Assembly (NCBI GenBank): GCA_028023455.1
Contig: JAQFVV010000008.1
Location: forward strand, 17,608,001 to 17,672,000
Length of the DNA stretch: 64,000 bases
Direction: 5' to 3'
From: Epiperipatus broadwayi
Lineage: Eukaryota > Animalia > Onychophora
Shown: in pieces, positions 37,033 to 51,799 of the stretch
Layout: each line of letters begins with the position of its first letter
How positions within the stretch are numbered: position 1 is the first letter of the stretch
The notes under the pieces: model-generated
What the model was told of the DNA's origin: nothing
What the model saw: the letters and a program-made list of their open reading frames with translations, nothing else
Databases searched by the model: none
Position numbers and translations under genes: made by a program

Positions 37033-39287
37033 ATTATTATTTTTATTGTAATTATATATATATTATCTCTCTTTGCCTGAAGATAGATTGAATTAACTGG
37101 ACAACAGAGTATTATAACTTGTTTGTAGTAGTCTGCCATTGCTTGACAACCTCTGGAACATGATTTATTCTAGAATCTTAATTTTAAAACGTCATAAACT
37201 TTAATTAACTCTACATCATTAAAATGCATATTTGCATAAATCATTTTTAAATTAAATTTAAATTCCTAAAGTATTAATGAGATATGAGGTTCTTATGATA
37301 TTTTTATACTTGATTTCTTGATTTTATATATTGATAGTGTACCGGTCAACCGCAACCCATCAACTACACACAGAAACCGACTTCAAACCCAGACCGATTC
37401 CAGAACTAAATCCGAAACCAAACCGAGTTCAAACCCAAACCCTGCGCACAAGTGACTGAGGTATAACAGAATCCATAGTACGTGGTATAGCCTAACACTA
37501 GCTCGGTGGGAACATAAAAAAAGGCAATAATTCTGCCTAACTTATCTATATATAACTGCGCGGTGGATGCTCAATGCTAGATACGATCAATGCAATATAT
37601 ATATTCTCGTGTTGTCAATACAGACGGTAATCAAATGACGGTGAAATAATTATTTAATGAAAAGAGAGACAAATTAGATTACACAAATGTTTAATAATTA
37701 TTCTTACGGTTAGATAAAATTTAAACACAATATAATTACTTGTTATATACAACATTACTTATTTTACTTCTAGTCTTTAACGGAAATCTATACATATGTA
37801 ATTGACGGACAACATCGCATTCAATATTTTGGTTTGCTTTATAATCATTTTATCTATGACCGGTGTAGGCAATACCACAGATGATTTCTTTTAAATATAA
37901 TATTAGCGTAACTTAAACAATTGATTTGTTTACGTGATTAATTACGTACGGGAGATATGAGGATCAGAGCAAACAAAACTTTAACTGTTTTATTTTTATT
38001 AGACTAAATTTTTTATTAAATTAGAGGTCGCCTCGTTGGTTTTAAACAAATCAAACCATCACGTACTACGGGGATGGGGAATAAACTTATATCTTCCAAT
38101 ATAGGGTGGTGTGACTGGCTGCTATATGAAACAAACATAATAGTCAGAAGTAATAGCTTGCGGTGTATTAACGAAGACTGGGTGGCTTGCATTTTGGCAA
38201 GTATTCACACCCACTGAGGAGGCTAGGAGAATTTCTCTCTCCCTTGTTTGAAATCACGGACTAGACACCGAATCAAGCCATGGGAAGCGAAATATAGCAC
38301 TAAACCAGTAACATGGCGAACGAATGCTCTAAGCAGAAATTATAAATATCTATATAAGACCTTATTTATTCCACCATACTTTTCCCACATAACCGTCTGA
38401 TAAAGTAATTTAAAACTACACAATAAGCTTAGAGAATCATATATTTAACTGTTAATTAATTACACTCTGAATCTCATACCCTCCTGACCGTGCAGAAGTA
38501 GTAAACACAACAATGGCTACCCTTGATTATTATTTTCCCCCCGTATCAGAAAACGTGCAATTAAATAGATAAAATAGATTTTAGATATTAACTACCCGGT
38601 GGCATAGAATAAAACATTCTTCATTAAACTATAACACATACATCAATTTAAAACCAATATATATATATATAATGATGGATAACATATCTATTTAAAATCA
38701 TCGTAAAACTTAAGGCATTAGCAACTTGTTATTAAAGACTAGAGTAAAGAAATTTAACAGGTGGAAAGGGATACGTTTACTACAGGTTTACTATATATAT
38801 ATTTTATCAAAAGAACAAAAAAACATAATAACAAATATTTAGCATACTTAGTACAGATTTAAATCTACTTATATAAGGGACTGGCATTAAAGAAAGTAAA
38901 AGTTCATGTAAATTAGATTTACCATTCTTTCTTCGTCCAGACGCATTTCTTGCGATGATGATTACTTAGAACGTAGGTGCGCATTTGGTTTTTGATATAA
39001 TGACATATTGGCTTTCAAAGTTTAGGGTTGGGAACTGGAACTATAGGCATATGAAAGTTGGACAACTGGAATCACAGCACATGATCTTTTGGCAGGCTAG
39101 GAAGGTTTCATCGGCAGGACAGGGATCAGCTTTCTGGACCTAGCCCGACATTATCAAAGTTTACAGATCACTTCTTAACACTGCACTCTCCAAATTTACT
39201 CTGATGTTTTCCCCTCTTTCGGAGTGGTCAAGAAGAAAAAAAAAAGATGCAATACAGAATGATGTAATCCAGGATGACGCAATCTGC

Positions 39288-39335
39288 ATGATGCAATTTA
39301 ACATGATGCAATCTAACATGATGCAATTTAAAATG
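39288..39335 (+). repeat. 15-bp minisatellite (ATGATGCAATYTAAC)x~3
   Basis: Read directly from the sequence. Confidence 0.8.
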
Positions 39336-40522
39336 GTCAAAGTTCCCACAATTCTCCTGGTCGTTGGTCACCTCATTTTGGACTCCGCCTTCCTTGATTT
39401 TTTGGCCTTTAGTGATTTCACTTTTATTATCCAGTCGGTACATTGAAATGTTTTTTTTTTTTAAAATAAATCTGTACAAGTATTAACTATTTAAAATTAA
39501 GAATTATTCACGCAATGAAACTTTCTCTTTAAAATAATCTTATATTAGTATCTAAACCACGCACACACACGATGTATATATTTTATTACTTACAATATTT
39601 ATCTAAGGATTTATTTAATTATCTACATAAAACATGACATGAACAATTTAAGTTTATGTAGCTTGGATGAACAAAGCCTCATTGCGCGAAATAATGGTTT
39701 ATAGCAAATCTGCTATACTAAGATTTGAAAACAACCAAAACAAACAAGGAAAGAAAGAAAAAAAACCCATGAAACTAAGATCGATCCTCAGATCGAACTG
39801 TTTCAATAGCTTAAAGATTTGCATAAATTCATTTTTTTTTTTATTATTAGTATTTGCATAAAGTGAAAAGTTTAAAAGTTATTCAGTAGTCACATGGATA
39901 AGATTATATATTTGTTTTGTCTGAAAATTCCTCAGCTACCATAAAAATTATTAAGCTCTGCTTTTATTTGAATCAGTCATGGACATAGATCATATGATCT
40001 ATTGTATCATGGAATATTTTTAAATAGCAATAAAAATAAATGAATCATATCAGTAACAGTGATTATCTTCAGATTGTTTATCTCAATTGGAACCTGCAAT
40101 TAATGAGGAAATTACCCTCTTTCATATAAAATGGATACTTGTTAAAAGTATGCTTGAAAATTTCATTGTTCTTCCAACATAATGAATATGTGACATTAAA
40201 TGAAATAGTTCATTCTATTAATTAAGGAATTTCTGGATCAGGAATAGTGCACATTATCAATAAATCTTCATCGGCATCATTTAATTGTTTTTTAAGCACT
40301 TTTTTTTTTTAATGGATATGTATTATATATAATTTTACAAAAATATACTCATTTTCTTAATTATGTTATCCATAATTTTTGAAACATTGTTAACTTAATG
40401 AAGATGCTGGAGGTTTTTTTTTTTATAATAACTAATTTCAATGTATTTAATTTCATTATATCCCCCCCCCCCCCCCCAATACATTGTTATGGGAAAAAAC
40501 TTTTATTCTGCTTTGTTTTTAG

Positions 40523-40633
40523 AGTGGCCAATCTGCAGATCGTTTAGATGGTGCAAATGCTCCAGATTTGACCAAAAAAATTCAGCACTTAAATTCAGCA
40601 GTTATTATACCTGAAGAGTTTCCTCCCAAGCAG
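40523..40633 (+). CDS. GLRX3: Glutaredoxin-3 coding exon 3
   Basis: AG/GT bounded, 111 nt, phase 0/0; SGQSADRLDGANAPDLTKKIQHLNSAVIIPEEFPPKQ (DRLDGANAP motif). Confidence 0.93.
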
Positions 40634-41959
40634 GTTTGATAAATACATATGTACATTGCTATATTTGAATGAAGTATATGTATGTTATGTTCTTTTTGAA
40701 AATTGTTACTGTTTTTAACTCCAATGTTTATAATATGAATCAAAATGTTCTATATTATGGATAGTCTTTTTTTTTTTTTTTTTGGTAATTGAAAGAGTTA
40801 TAATTATTGTGGAGTGCTCACACTTTATCAATGTGAAACCCTTTTCAAAACATAATGTTTTCTTATTGAAAGTATAACATCTTTATTAGATGTTCTATTA
40901 AAACTCCCTTAATCTTACTTAATAATAACACGAATCCTTCAGAATTAACTCTGTATTCAGAGATGAATAGCATCATTAATGATTATAAAAAAAAAAACTT
41001 TTGAGTACGTGACCAGTTAGTAATAGCAATCAACTGCCTGCTGAATAGCATCTGGTTAACCATAGATGTTTTGATAAGTGATTGTATTATAAAAATGAAT
41101 AAAGAAATTAATGAATAGATTATGATAAATTTTCAAACAAACTAGAAATAGTAGTTTACATTTTAGAATGAAGATGTTAATATACTAATGAAAAAAATGC
41201 AAGTTATTTATTGTTAATATATTATTGAAAAAATCAGTTTTGAAGATTGGTAAATTTGCCCTAATTATTATTTTTTTTGCTACTTTTATTAGAATTAGTT
41301 TTATAAAACTATATAATAATGTATATTTTATTTTGCTTATCTTGTAGATTAATTATGTTAGAATGGCATATAGACTAAATATATCTTAAGTCTATTATCA
41401 CGAGTATTTAAACTGAAAAGATGAACTAAATCTTATATTTGATGCACTAAATCATTCTATTGCAAATATGGCTATTTAATCTCATGATCAGATTGCAGAA
41501 TAAAGCAAATGAAAAATTGACTAATATTCTATGAACACAGTAGTAATATTGTTATTATCCACCTTTCCCACAGCTTTTTATATGAAGCAGCTCTGCCACT
41601 TGATGGCTCTTGTCTTACATATGATATAAGACATGACTTTTTAATATGAATTATCACTTTTTCTCCTTTTTTTTTTTTTTCCAATTTCATATGTAGAACA
41701 TTACTTACACAAAACAATTATTTCTAAATCACAACCATAAATTTTAATATTGAAGATAGCAAATTAAAACCAGCCCATTTTGCTAAGATATGAAAGATAT
41801 ATTTTTATTTTCCAAGTCATTAATGTTGTTTATTCATTTTTGTAGGACTACTTTCCATAATAAAGAGATTGCGAATAATATACCAATGGATAACATAATC
41901 AGAAGGGAATTTTAAATGTCTTAAGGGTGGTGCTCTTTTTCCCCCAATGCACATCAATA

Positions 41960-43488
41960 TACTGATTTACAGGCCATTGGTTTTTCTTTACAGAATACTA
42001 CGGTAAAAAAAAATTGTTTTTTCCATTTTCTATACATAAAACTCGTATGGTATTTTTGCATTTTTAATAAACAAACACTTTGTTTTTATATGATGTGGGG
42101 GAGGGGGTGCTTTTAAATTATCAACTTTTTTTTTGATTTTGAGCTTTTTTTTTTTTTTTGATTTTGGATTATCGGTTTCTTTACATAATACTACAGTAGT
42201 AAAAAAATTTTTTTTACCCCTTTCTATACGTAAAACTCATACGGTTTTTTTTTTTACTTTTTAATAAACAAACACTTTGTTTTTAGATGGTAAAGGGGGA
42301 TTGGTTTGCTTTTCAATTATCGCCTTTTTTGGGGTTTTAAGCTTTTTTAAAGCCTTAATTAAACAATTCAGTTTTAATTAATAAACCAACAATTGGTTTT
42401 TAGAGGGTGCAGGGTGTTGGGTTGAGTTTTAATTCTCGTCTTTTAGTATTTTTTGCCGATGTACTGGAAACTTCGCATATTAATTTTAAATGTGTTTGAA
42501 TATAGAATACGTGTAAAGAAATAGATTAACAAAATATACGAATTATTGGAGGGGGGTTGGGTTGCTTTTAAATTATCGACTTTTTTCTTATCGACTTTTT
42601 ATTGATTTTGAGCTTTCTTTTTTGGGAAAGCCTTATTAATCAATTCATTTTTAATGAACCAACAGTTGGTTTTTTAGAGGGTGGAGGGGGTTTGGTTTGA
42701 TTTTTAATTATTATCTTTTATTTTCCTATTATGAGGTTGTTTTTTTTTTAAAAAATATTTACGCTACCGAAACCTTTATATGATAGTGAAAAGTTCTTCC
42801 TTTATTTTTTGGCTTTTTTCAAAAAGCCTTAATTAAACAGTTCGTTTTTAAAAAACATTTTTTTTAGGGGGCGGGGAGCTACAGTTTGTTTGACTCCAAT
42901 AGGAGATGAGCCTCAAAGCTGTAAGTAATGGGATTTTGAAACCGTCCAACCAACTTCCCTTACACAAACCCCAGGTACACTTGCAGATTTCCAGATCCTG
43001 TAGTTGACTAAAACCCTGCTCCTCCTGCAAATGCATAGCTTTGCATCTGGCAGAAGATGGTCTCTTTCTGGAAAAACACAACAGCGTCAACTTCTGTGGC
43101 CGGAAATTCACTTCCTTCAACCAATTTTGAACACTTGCCACTGACATTTTACTGTTCTCACACGGATTCACACGTAAACATGCATTTGCATGTGAACTTG
43201 GCAGAACTCTGCTGAAAACCCTAATCTTTTCAGGTTGTATGCAGTTCAAAATCGTAGGGAAGTGTGCGTGAAGGCCTGACAATTCTTAATATATAATACT
43301 AAATCTACTACGCTTTCTCAAAATTTTTCCACAATGAATTTTTGATAGTTTCGCATCCTTCAAAACGGCCGCCATCAAATCAGGCCGTAGCGAGAGTTGA
43401 ATTGCACTCACTTGAGGAATACTGTCGTAAGTCGATGGGCATAGTATTTCGTTACATAATCGTAGGATGCATCGCCCTCTAGGTTGCC
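41960..43488 (-). mobile_element. Merlin (IS1595/ISXO2-like) DNA transposon relic with an internal tandem-repeat region
   Basis: Frameshifted N-terminus ATEVDAVVFFQ..RCKAMHL..CKC..LCKGSWLDGFKIPLLTALRLISYWSQ fits the Merlin Zn-ribbon/..KGSWF....L...L.L.Y.WS pattern. GG-initiated end GGCAACCTAGAG at 43488; imperfect ~200-bp and ~90-bp repeats at 41975-42880. Confidence 0.55.
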
Positions 43489-43899
43489 TGTTACAGCTCT
43501 AAACAACACAGTTGTAGTGTTAGCCGTAAGTTAGGCCGCTAAAACGGTATATTGATGTGCGTTAATTTCATACTTCAACTAGAAAAGTGCCTCGGACTAT
43601 CGATATCTAAAAAAATGACAGAATCCCAGGTCTAGATAATATTTTAGATGCATTAAATACAGATTATTAAGTTGTATCTGCATTATTATATTGTTTAAAT
43701 TAGATAATGTCTTGAGAAGAATATTTTTAAATTGAAAAAAAAAAATTTCCTGATTAAGTTCCCAAAAAAAAAAGGGAGATTGTCAGTGTGTGAAAATTGG
43801 CAACGAATTACACTGCCATTAGTACTTAGCATATTTAAAAAGGATTAATTGATAAACAACTTTAATTTTTAATCAAGGGATTCATTACACATTATCTCA

Positions 43900-44950
43900 A
43901 AACAATCATCCATGGTGTTAATTACCATATGTATTTTGTTGAATTTGAAAAAGCATTCATTATTAAGAAAGGTATCAAGATCATAGTATGCTCAAGAAAT
44001 TGATTGATTAGATGGATATTTCCTTTAGAATCCAATTAGGAATAAGTGAGGTTTACTTAATTTTATCTTTATTATTTATAGTGTTTTTTGATCTGACTAT
44101 GCATAGCATTGTGAACATTTTAAGATATATTCAATAGTTCACTAATATCTATATAAAAAAAAACTTGAGCTGTAGAATTTTTGAAGGTTTGGTAATACAA
44201 ATTGTTTTCCTCATTTGATAAGTCATGGCAGATTGATCTTGAAGTAAGCAAGAAGAAGATAAAAATTATATATCTGAACAATATTATTGCCATAAAATCT
44301 AACATATTGATTATTAATCCATCAAAGTGGTGAATAGACTCTTCTATTTAAGAAACCTTGTTATCTGAAGTGAAAGGATGAAAGAAGACACTGAAAACTA
44401 AATAAAACTAGATGTATGTTATTTAATTTGCAAAAGATACAGAGATCTATAGAAGTAAAATTAAAACAAAATTGTAAATCTTTAAATAATTTAGAACTTT
44501 TTTAAAAAAAAAAAATAGATGTAACGCTTGGAAAAAACTCATCAACTATTTGGAAAGTACAAATGTTAATCAACAAATATCTTCTTGACATTATGAATGT
44601 TTGGTGGTCAAGAATGAAGAATCTATAATAATTGAAGATTAATTGACAAAAATGGGAAATACTTTGAAAAACAAAAAATAACTGGAAATTGTAGGCTAGA
44701 TACAATTTAAGGTGCAACTTAAAGACAAACTTAGAGTTATTTGAAAAACTATTTGAAATCCATAATCTTGAAAAGATATAGGGTGAAATTAAACAAATGG
44801 TTGAGATCAAACTTTATGAAGATTTGTTATAGCCTGTGTTCTTGGCAACAATTTACTATAATGACTTCATTAACTGCTTTGACCAATGTTGAAAGTGATA
44901 ATTATGAGAATTTGTTTAATTGCAAGAATCATTTGAGCAGAGTAATGAGA
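43900..44950 (+). mobile_element. Highly decayed RTE-like LINE relic
   Basis: YFVEFEKAF and LEVSKKKIKI fragments resemble the RT motifs F.DFEKAF and L.IN..KTK. Confidence 0.4.
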
Positions 44951-46355
44951 AAATAAAGGAAAATTAAAAATTATTTATATGAATATAAATATAATTTTTA
45001 AGAATAAAATAAAATATATTATGTTCTATTCTAAGTCCATTAGCTAAAAATAAAAAAATAATCTTGAACTGAATTCACTAATCCTTAATAAATATGAATT
45101 TTGAAGCCAAACAAAAGCAAGTAATATTTTACAAACTTTATGTTACTTTACAATACTAATTGTCATATATTTTTCTATTATTTTATGTATAATATGGCAT
45201 TCTCTTAAGTCATTGTTTAACCTTAATTATGACTGTTGAGAACTTGTTTTCTTAAATTAGTTATTTGATTACAATTAAGTGAAGTCTACAACAATTAGAA
45301 ACTATCTAGAGTAAATTATTTATAAAATTTATACTTGTAAAAGTGAAATAATACTATTTTGAATCAAGTAAAAATATATATTATTCCTTTTAAGAACTGA
45401 TATTTAAAATAAAATTGTGAGTCTTTGAGAATAATGTAAGATCTCTTTTAGTGGATACAAAACTTGAGGAAAAACTCATTAGCCATAACCAATTTTTTAT
45501 TTTTTGAATATATATTATGTAAATAGTTTAGAATTTTTTTTACTAGCACAGTGTCAAGCTGTAATTCTAAGGAGAAAGTAATCAAACCTCCACACATGCA
45601 CCATACTATTTTGGAAGTGTTAATAGGTTATAAAAAAGAAATGTAAGTAAAGTGAATAATTTAATATAGTCATGTTCTGGTTCCAAGATGCTTAAGATTT
45701 GCCTATATAATTGCATTTAGATAGGAAGATAAGATGGCTGGTCTTTATCTTTTCAAAATCTTTCTTGTGACTTGGATTGAGAGTGTACTCATATTTAACA
45801 TTGCTAATTGAATATTATATTATGGTGCATGTGTGGAAGTTTGATTATCATCTCCTTAGAATGTATATTATGTTAGTTGCAAATGGCAAGATCTGTGCTC
45901 AGGTTGCAGATAAGCTCTACAGGAGGTTGCTGGTTTAATGAGCTACTTATATGAGGTTAACTGTAAATAACATAATATTGCCTGACCAAGAGTACCTTCT
46001 GTTGCCTTGTAAGATAGAATGTTGATTTGTCAGAGGAGAAGCGCTGCTTCCAACACAAAAGTCTCTGTCTCTCTCAACTTTTCATATCACTGATCATCCT
46101 CATATACTGTGACTATGGAATTGTATGTTTGTGCAATCACATTTCATTCTTTTAACTCCACACAATAATTCTAACTCTAATTCCTTTTTTTATATTTTTT
46201 ATCTCAGTTCATTGAGAATTAGACAAGCAATGATAGAAATAGGTTTAGCAAATTGAGAGTCCTTAATTGTGATTCTTGTATAAAATACAATTATTAATAG
46301 ATTGAGTTGGAACTATTTTTTAGGAATTCCCCTGCCCACCATGGAAGTGGAAGTG

Positions 46356-46603
46356 TCTAGAAAATTTATAAAAATTGCTTGTCTTACGCAGTTTGACTAG
46401 TTTGTCATGCCTGGCGGATTATTCACTAAAATCTAGAAGGAATAGTGTTTCAGTTTTTTAAAGATTATATATTTAGGCATTACTTTTTGGGAATGTGCAA
46501 GGTCTAGAAAATATACAAAAACGGTCTGTCTCTTACAGTCTGACTAGTTTGTCATGCCTGGCGGATTATTCATTAAAATAATAGAAAGAATAATATTGTC
46601 AGT
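46356..46603. repeat. Diverged ~145-bp tandem duplication
   Basis: gtctagaaaat...tgactagt(t)ttgtcatgcctggcggattattca occurs at ~46356 and ~46502. Confidence 0.8.
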
Positions 46604-47819
46604 AATAGTCATAAAGCAAGAGGTAGTGGTGGTACTACTGTTTAAGACTTATAAATCTAATTACTTTCCAAATTTAGATACATGGAATGTGCAAACTTTA
46701 TTTTTTATTTGAAACAAACTCTTCAAGATCTGAATGGAGGACAGCTCTGATGTCTAAGGAGCTGTCAATTGAAGATCATTACAGTTATTCTTGGTGAAAT
46801 TTTTCTTCCAGAGAAAGAGTTAGATGGCTACAAGTTTTTTTGAAAGTCAAATCTGAAGAAAACTGAATGTATTATGTTGGATTTGCTGTAAACTCTTATA
46901 TAATGTTTTATACTTTTAATATTTCTCAATCTGAATGAAAAGCTAATACTGTTAAAACTTGGCTTGAACATTGGTACTATGCTCATTTTATTAGTGCATA
47001 TATTCCAACATTAGATTTAGAGAAAAAGAGCTTTTATTTCATGCTGTAAAGCATTATTACTGCAATACCATTAAAAGATCAAATTTTTCTTGGAGACTAA
47101 GGAATGTGTTGATAAAATAGTAGGCATTAGCTAAAAGTTGTTGGAAATTATGGTATTAATGCTGTTCTGTTAATGAATTTTTGCATAACACATGGAATGA
47201 CTATCACAAATACTGTGTCAAACAGAAAAATCGTTTTGAAGGAACATTGATACATCTATATTTAAAACAATGGCATTTAATAAATTATATTATAGTTAGG
47301 AATTAGAAGTTCACATTACACAAGTACTTACAAGTGCAGATTATAGTTACATTTAAAAATAAATCATTCCAATCGTAATTGAAAGATAATAGATATTCGT
47401 TCTCTAGAAGTATCTTTTATTTATGCTAAATTTCAAAGCTATTAAACACTAAAATTGTTAGTTTAGACTTTCAGGATTGTCATATTACTGAAATATGTAG
47501 TAAATCTACTGTTGAACTCAGTAAAAGAAAAATCATGGCTGGTTTTTTTGACTGATTTTAATGATTTGATTAAAAGGAAACATGCAACATTTTCTTCTTG
47601 CCGGAATAATACATTGGATATAGAGTTGCATAATAAATATAGAAATTTAAAGGCAGGAGTTCAATGACTAACAAAAAGACTTCAAAAATTATTGATAGAT
47701 TAAAACTGCAAAGGAGATGATCATTCAGTGATAATGATTGCTCTAGATATTTATTTTTTATGCATTGAAAGCAACTAAAATACAGTATCACAGTCCTACT
47801 AAATCCATCATTGATTTCC

Positions 47820-49240
47820 TATTATATGAAGTCCGTGATATTTCGAGTAGATGTAAGGAATATTTTGATCATGCTTTGAATTTTGATATAAGAATCGAGA
47901 TGATAACTTTTAATGATATATCCTATTTTTATCTATTCATTTAGATTTGAATAAAGATACCCAGTTGAAGTTAAAGCAGCCCTTTATAGTCTTAAAAATG
48001 GAAAGGCTAGAGGTCTTAATGAAATACTTAAAGAAGTTTTAAAATATAGTGATGATCTATTAGCATCAAAAATATTGGAATTTTTTAGGAATATAAAGAT
48101 TAATGAAATTGTGCAGCCTTATCTTAAGGATATTTCTATTGTTCCAGTTTTTAAAAATAAAGGAAATAAACAAAATTGCAGTAATTACTGGGAATATTAT
48201 TATTATTATCTATTATTGTAAAGATACTTTCAAAGATGATAAATAGGTTCTTTTAGTCACAGATGAATGGTTATCAGAGATTCGTGATTTTAAAAAAATC
48301 AAGAAACATAATAGGTATAGTTTTCATTGCTAGGCATAGGTAAGAAAAATGGAATAAAAGAATGATTTATACATTATTTACTTATGGCATTGTTTGAAAT
48401 TAGTTGATTGTCCATTTAAATTTATATTATATAGCTTCTACATGATGAAATGAGAGAAAGCATTTTACTACAGATGGAAAATCTCTGGTGTTTACAATGG
48501 AAATTGGTGTTAAACAAGAATATGAATTTAATTCAATATTGTTTTAGATTTTTTGACTGTCACCTTTGGAGCTGCTTTTAGGTGACTTAATGAATAGGGA
48601 TCATGATGCAATACAAGCTTGATAATGAATTTTTAGTTTGAATCTATTAAAAGTAATAAATACATTTTCTTATGTTCTGGATTTACAGAATTCTGATGAT
48701 GATTGTGTTATTTTTACCAGTTCTAAAGATGATCTACCAAAGCAATGTATAAAGACTAGTAATGAATGTACAAAAAGCTCAAGTTCTTAATCATAGAAAA
48801 ATTTTCAGCAACTTTTTGCTTGGATAGTGATCAGTTTGAGAATATAACCCAATTTAAAGTATTTAGTAGCTATTTATGTAGGGAGATGGTCTTTATGTGT
48901 TGAGGTGCAGTACTCCTAATGTACTGCTATTGATTATAAAAATTTAAAAAGTAGGATGCTTCATAATAGTAAAAAATTACTATTAGAATTAAATTAGCTG
49001 CATATAGAACTATTTATTATTCTTTCTAATTGTATGAAAGTGAGACTTGGACAAAATCATTAAAAAAAATTTTGTTTAAGGATATTACAGAAAATTAAGA
49101 AAGTATAATGGTAAGATCAATACATTCTTCAGTTTTTTGGAAATAATACGAAGACATTCTAAAAAAATACATTGTTGATTGTAGAATAGAATACATTGGA
49201 GAGCTAAGAGTTGACACAGGTTTGACTTATATCAGAGAAA
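47820..49240 (+). mobile_element. BovB-like RTE RT relic
   Basis: EVKAALYSLKNGKARGLNEI, IVPVFKNKGNKQNCSNY, GVKQ and DDCVIFTSSKDDL; homologous to 30735-31345. Confidence 0.75.
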
Positions 49241-49886
49241 AAATTTTCTGTAGAAGATAAAAAATAGCTTCACAAAATATCAAATATACTGTGAGTATAT
49301 TTGTGATTCACAGATTTGTTTATATAGTTATCTGCAAAACTTATCTCAAGTATGTTATTATTTGTTTTATTTAGGGTGGGGTGTTGAATATAGTCAAATT
49401 CATTTGTGAATGGCTGTTATTGATGATGATTCTTTTTAATATTTAAATGTTTATTTTGTTGTTTTTAATTATTGCAGTGGCTTATTATTTATGTTTATGT
49501 GAATTAATAATAAATGAATTGATAAATAATTAACTCAATCAGTGCTTTAATGTGAAAATAAAAATTTATACTAGAATCTATTAAATTCTAGTTCTGAAAA
49601 AACATTTATAAAAATTGTCAATTTTCTTCTGAACATAGGAAATGGTTTAGAGCTTTTAATTATGAATATGATTTTATATATATATAAAATTGAAAAGTGT
49701 AATGTAAAATTTGGTATTTTATGTTATTTTTAAATATAATATGAAATAATATATGTGTAGCTTTGAATTACTTCAAACATTTAATGATAATGTTAAAGTA
49801 AAAGTTAAATGACATTGATTAATGTAGTTTTTTGTAACATAAAATAAAGGAGCGATTCTCTAAGAATGATTTTTTTTTACATATAG

Positions 49887-49971
49887 AATTTAAATGAACG
49901 ATTGAAATTTCTCATTAATTCAGCTCCTTGTATGCTGTTTATGAAAGGTACTTCCTCTGAACCAAAGTGTG
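49887..49971 (+). CDS. GLRX3: Glutaredoxin-3 coding exon 4 (first Grx domain)
   Basis: AG acceptor, GTAAGT donor; [28 protein letters not shown]+G (LFMKG..P.C motif). Confidence 0.95.
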
Positions 49972-51799
49972 GTAAGTAATGAATTTAAAATTTTATGCAA
50001 TGCATAAAGTTTAACTTTTATGTCTTATACATGCGTGTGTGTGTTTAAATGAGAATACATGCTTTTATATGCATATTTTGTTTTCAACAAATTGGTTTAC
50101 TGGAGTTATGCCACATTATTTTTTTCAGTAACTGATTATTTTCATTTATAATTTTTTCATTAAAAAATATTTTAATGTTAACTTTTGCATGCTGAAAGCA
50201 ATTAAATTTTTGTTATGTCCTTTTTATTTTATTAGCAATTTTTACTAGTTAAAAAAGCATATCAAATTTTAAATAATTATCACAAACACATATTAGACTG
50301 AAGCATTTTGATTTTATGTTGAATAGATGTGTAATTTATTTATTTTGGTTTGATAATTATATTCTTCCGCCAATTTTTAATGCTGATGTATGTGAAAAAT
50401 GATCCACATAACATTTGGTACGGATAAAACATTCTTATTTTTGGTATGTTTTTTTTTGACTGTGTTTGAGACTTTGTGACCATTTATAATTTATTGAGTA
50501 ATTGCAGGTTATGAATGTTATAATTCAATAATAGCAAACAAAACCTATGATTGGATGTAATCTATTAGAATAATCACACTAATTTTTCTAATCAAATGAA
50601 ATCTATTAATTGATAGCGAATTATTCAAGATTTCATACTCAAATAAGTGCTGAAGTTAATTTTTAATGATTCTAAATTATTTATAATAAAATTTAAATAT
50701 TGATTTTAATTTACAAATTTATAATATGTCATTGTAAAATTTATAAAATATTTGTCAGATTCATTAAAAAAAACTTTTATTTAGTAATATTGTTCACAAA
50801 AAAAAAAAAAATCAGTTTATTAAAAAAATGTCAATGTATTATTAAAAATATTTAATGATCTGTACAGTGAGAAGGAGAATTTAAATGTAGTAAAATTTTA
50901 CTCAAACTTACAGTAGAGGATAGAAAGTAAAAAGCTTTTTTTTTTTTATCATATTGTGTAAACTGGAGAATCGATTTGCTGTTCAACTTCTATGCATGTC
51001 AGGTTTAAGTTTCTATTTTACTATAGATTCATTTATCTTAATTGTATTATAACATTAAAATGAATGAGAAATAAGGCATTTCCTTTTTCTATAACATTTA
51101 ACCCACCCTCTTCTGTCTCCAATTTGTATATATAGATACAGTAAACATAAATAGTTTATGAAGACATATTGTAATGAAAAGAAAGAGTTGAATATATTAG
51201 CACTCCTTCATAGTTTAAATACTTTTGTTATATTAATAAATCATGTTCTGGATAATTTAGCAATATTTAAAAAGATTTTGCAAGACACTGTCTAAAAATA
51301 GCCACTAGTAAAGTTTAAATTATTTTAAATCATTCTTATTTTTAATTAATAAATAATATAAATAATATATATTTTAAATCATTCACAAATTTTAAATTAT
51401 TGGTTCTCAATCTTCAAATATTAATTGCAGACATCTATGCGAAATTGGTATTCTCTTCTTGAATATAAGAGATTTTCAGTCCAATCTGCAGTAAGTTTTG
51501 AAATATTTAATTCTACATTTTAAAAATATGTCTCTAGTTTTTTGTGTAATGATCTATCTAAAAACGTTTTAAAAGAATATATGTATATAATTGTTTAGAT
51601 CATGTAAAAAAATTCAGAATCAACAATTACTTTATTTATGTTTGATAATAAAATTAAAATCTTTAAAATGTAATATTTTATTGTTATTAACTTACTACTC
51701 GTTAAAATAAATCATTAATTTTTTTTTCTTTTAGCTTCTTTCTTAATAAATTTTTGTAAGGTTTGGATTTAAATAAATTATTTTGTTAGATATATTCCC

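Noticed and set aside
41975-42880. Interspersed repeats considered as a CRISPR-like array
   Set aside because: Units are long, imperfect and lack unique regular spacers; eukaryotic context with no cas genes.
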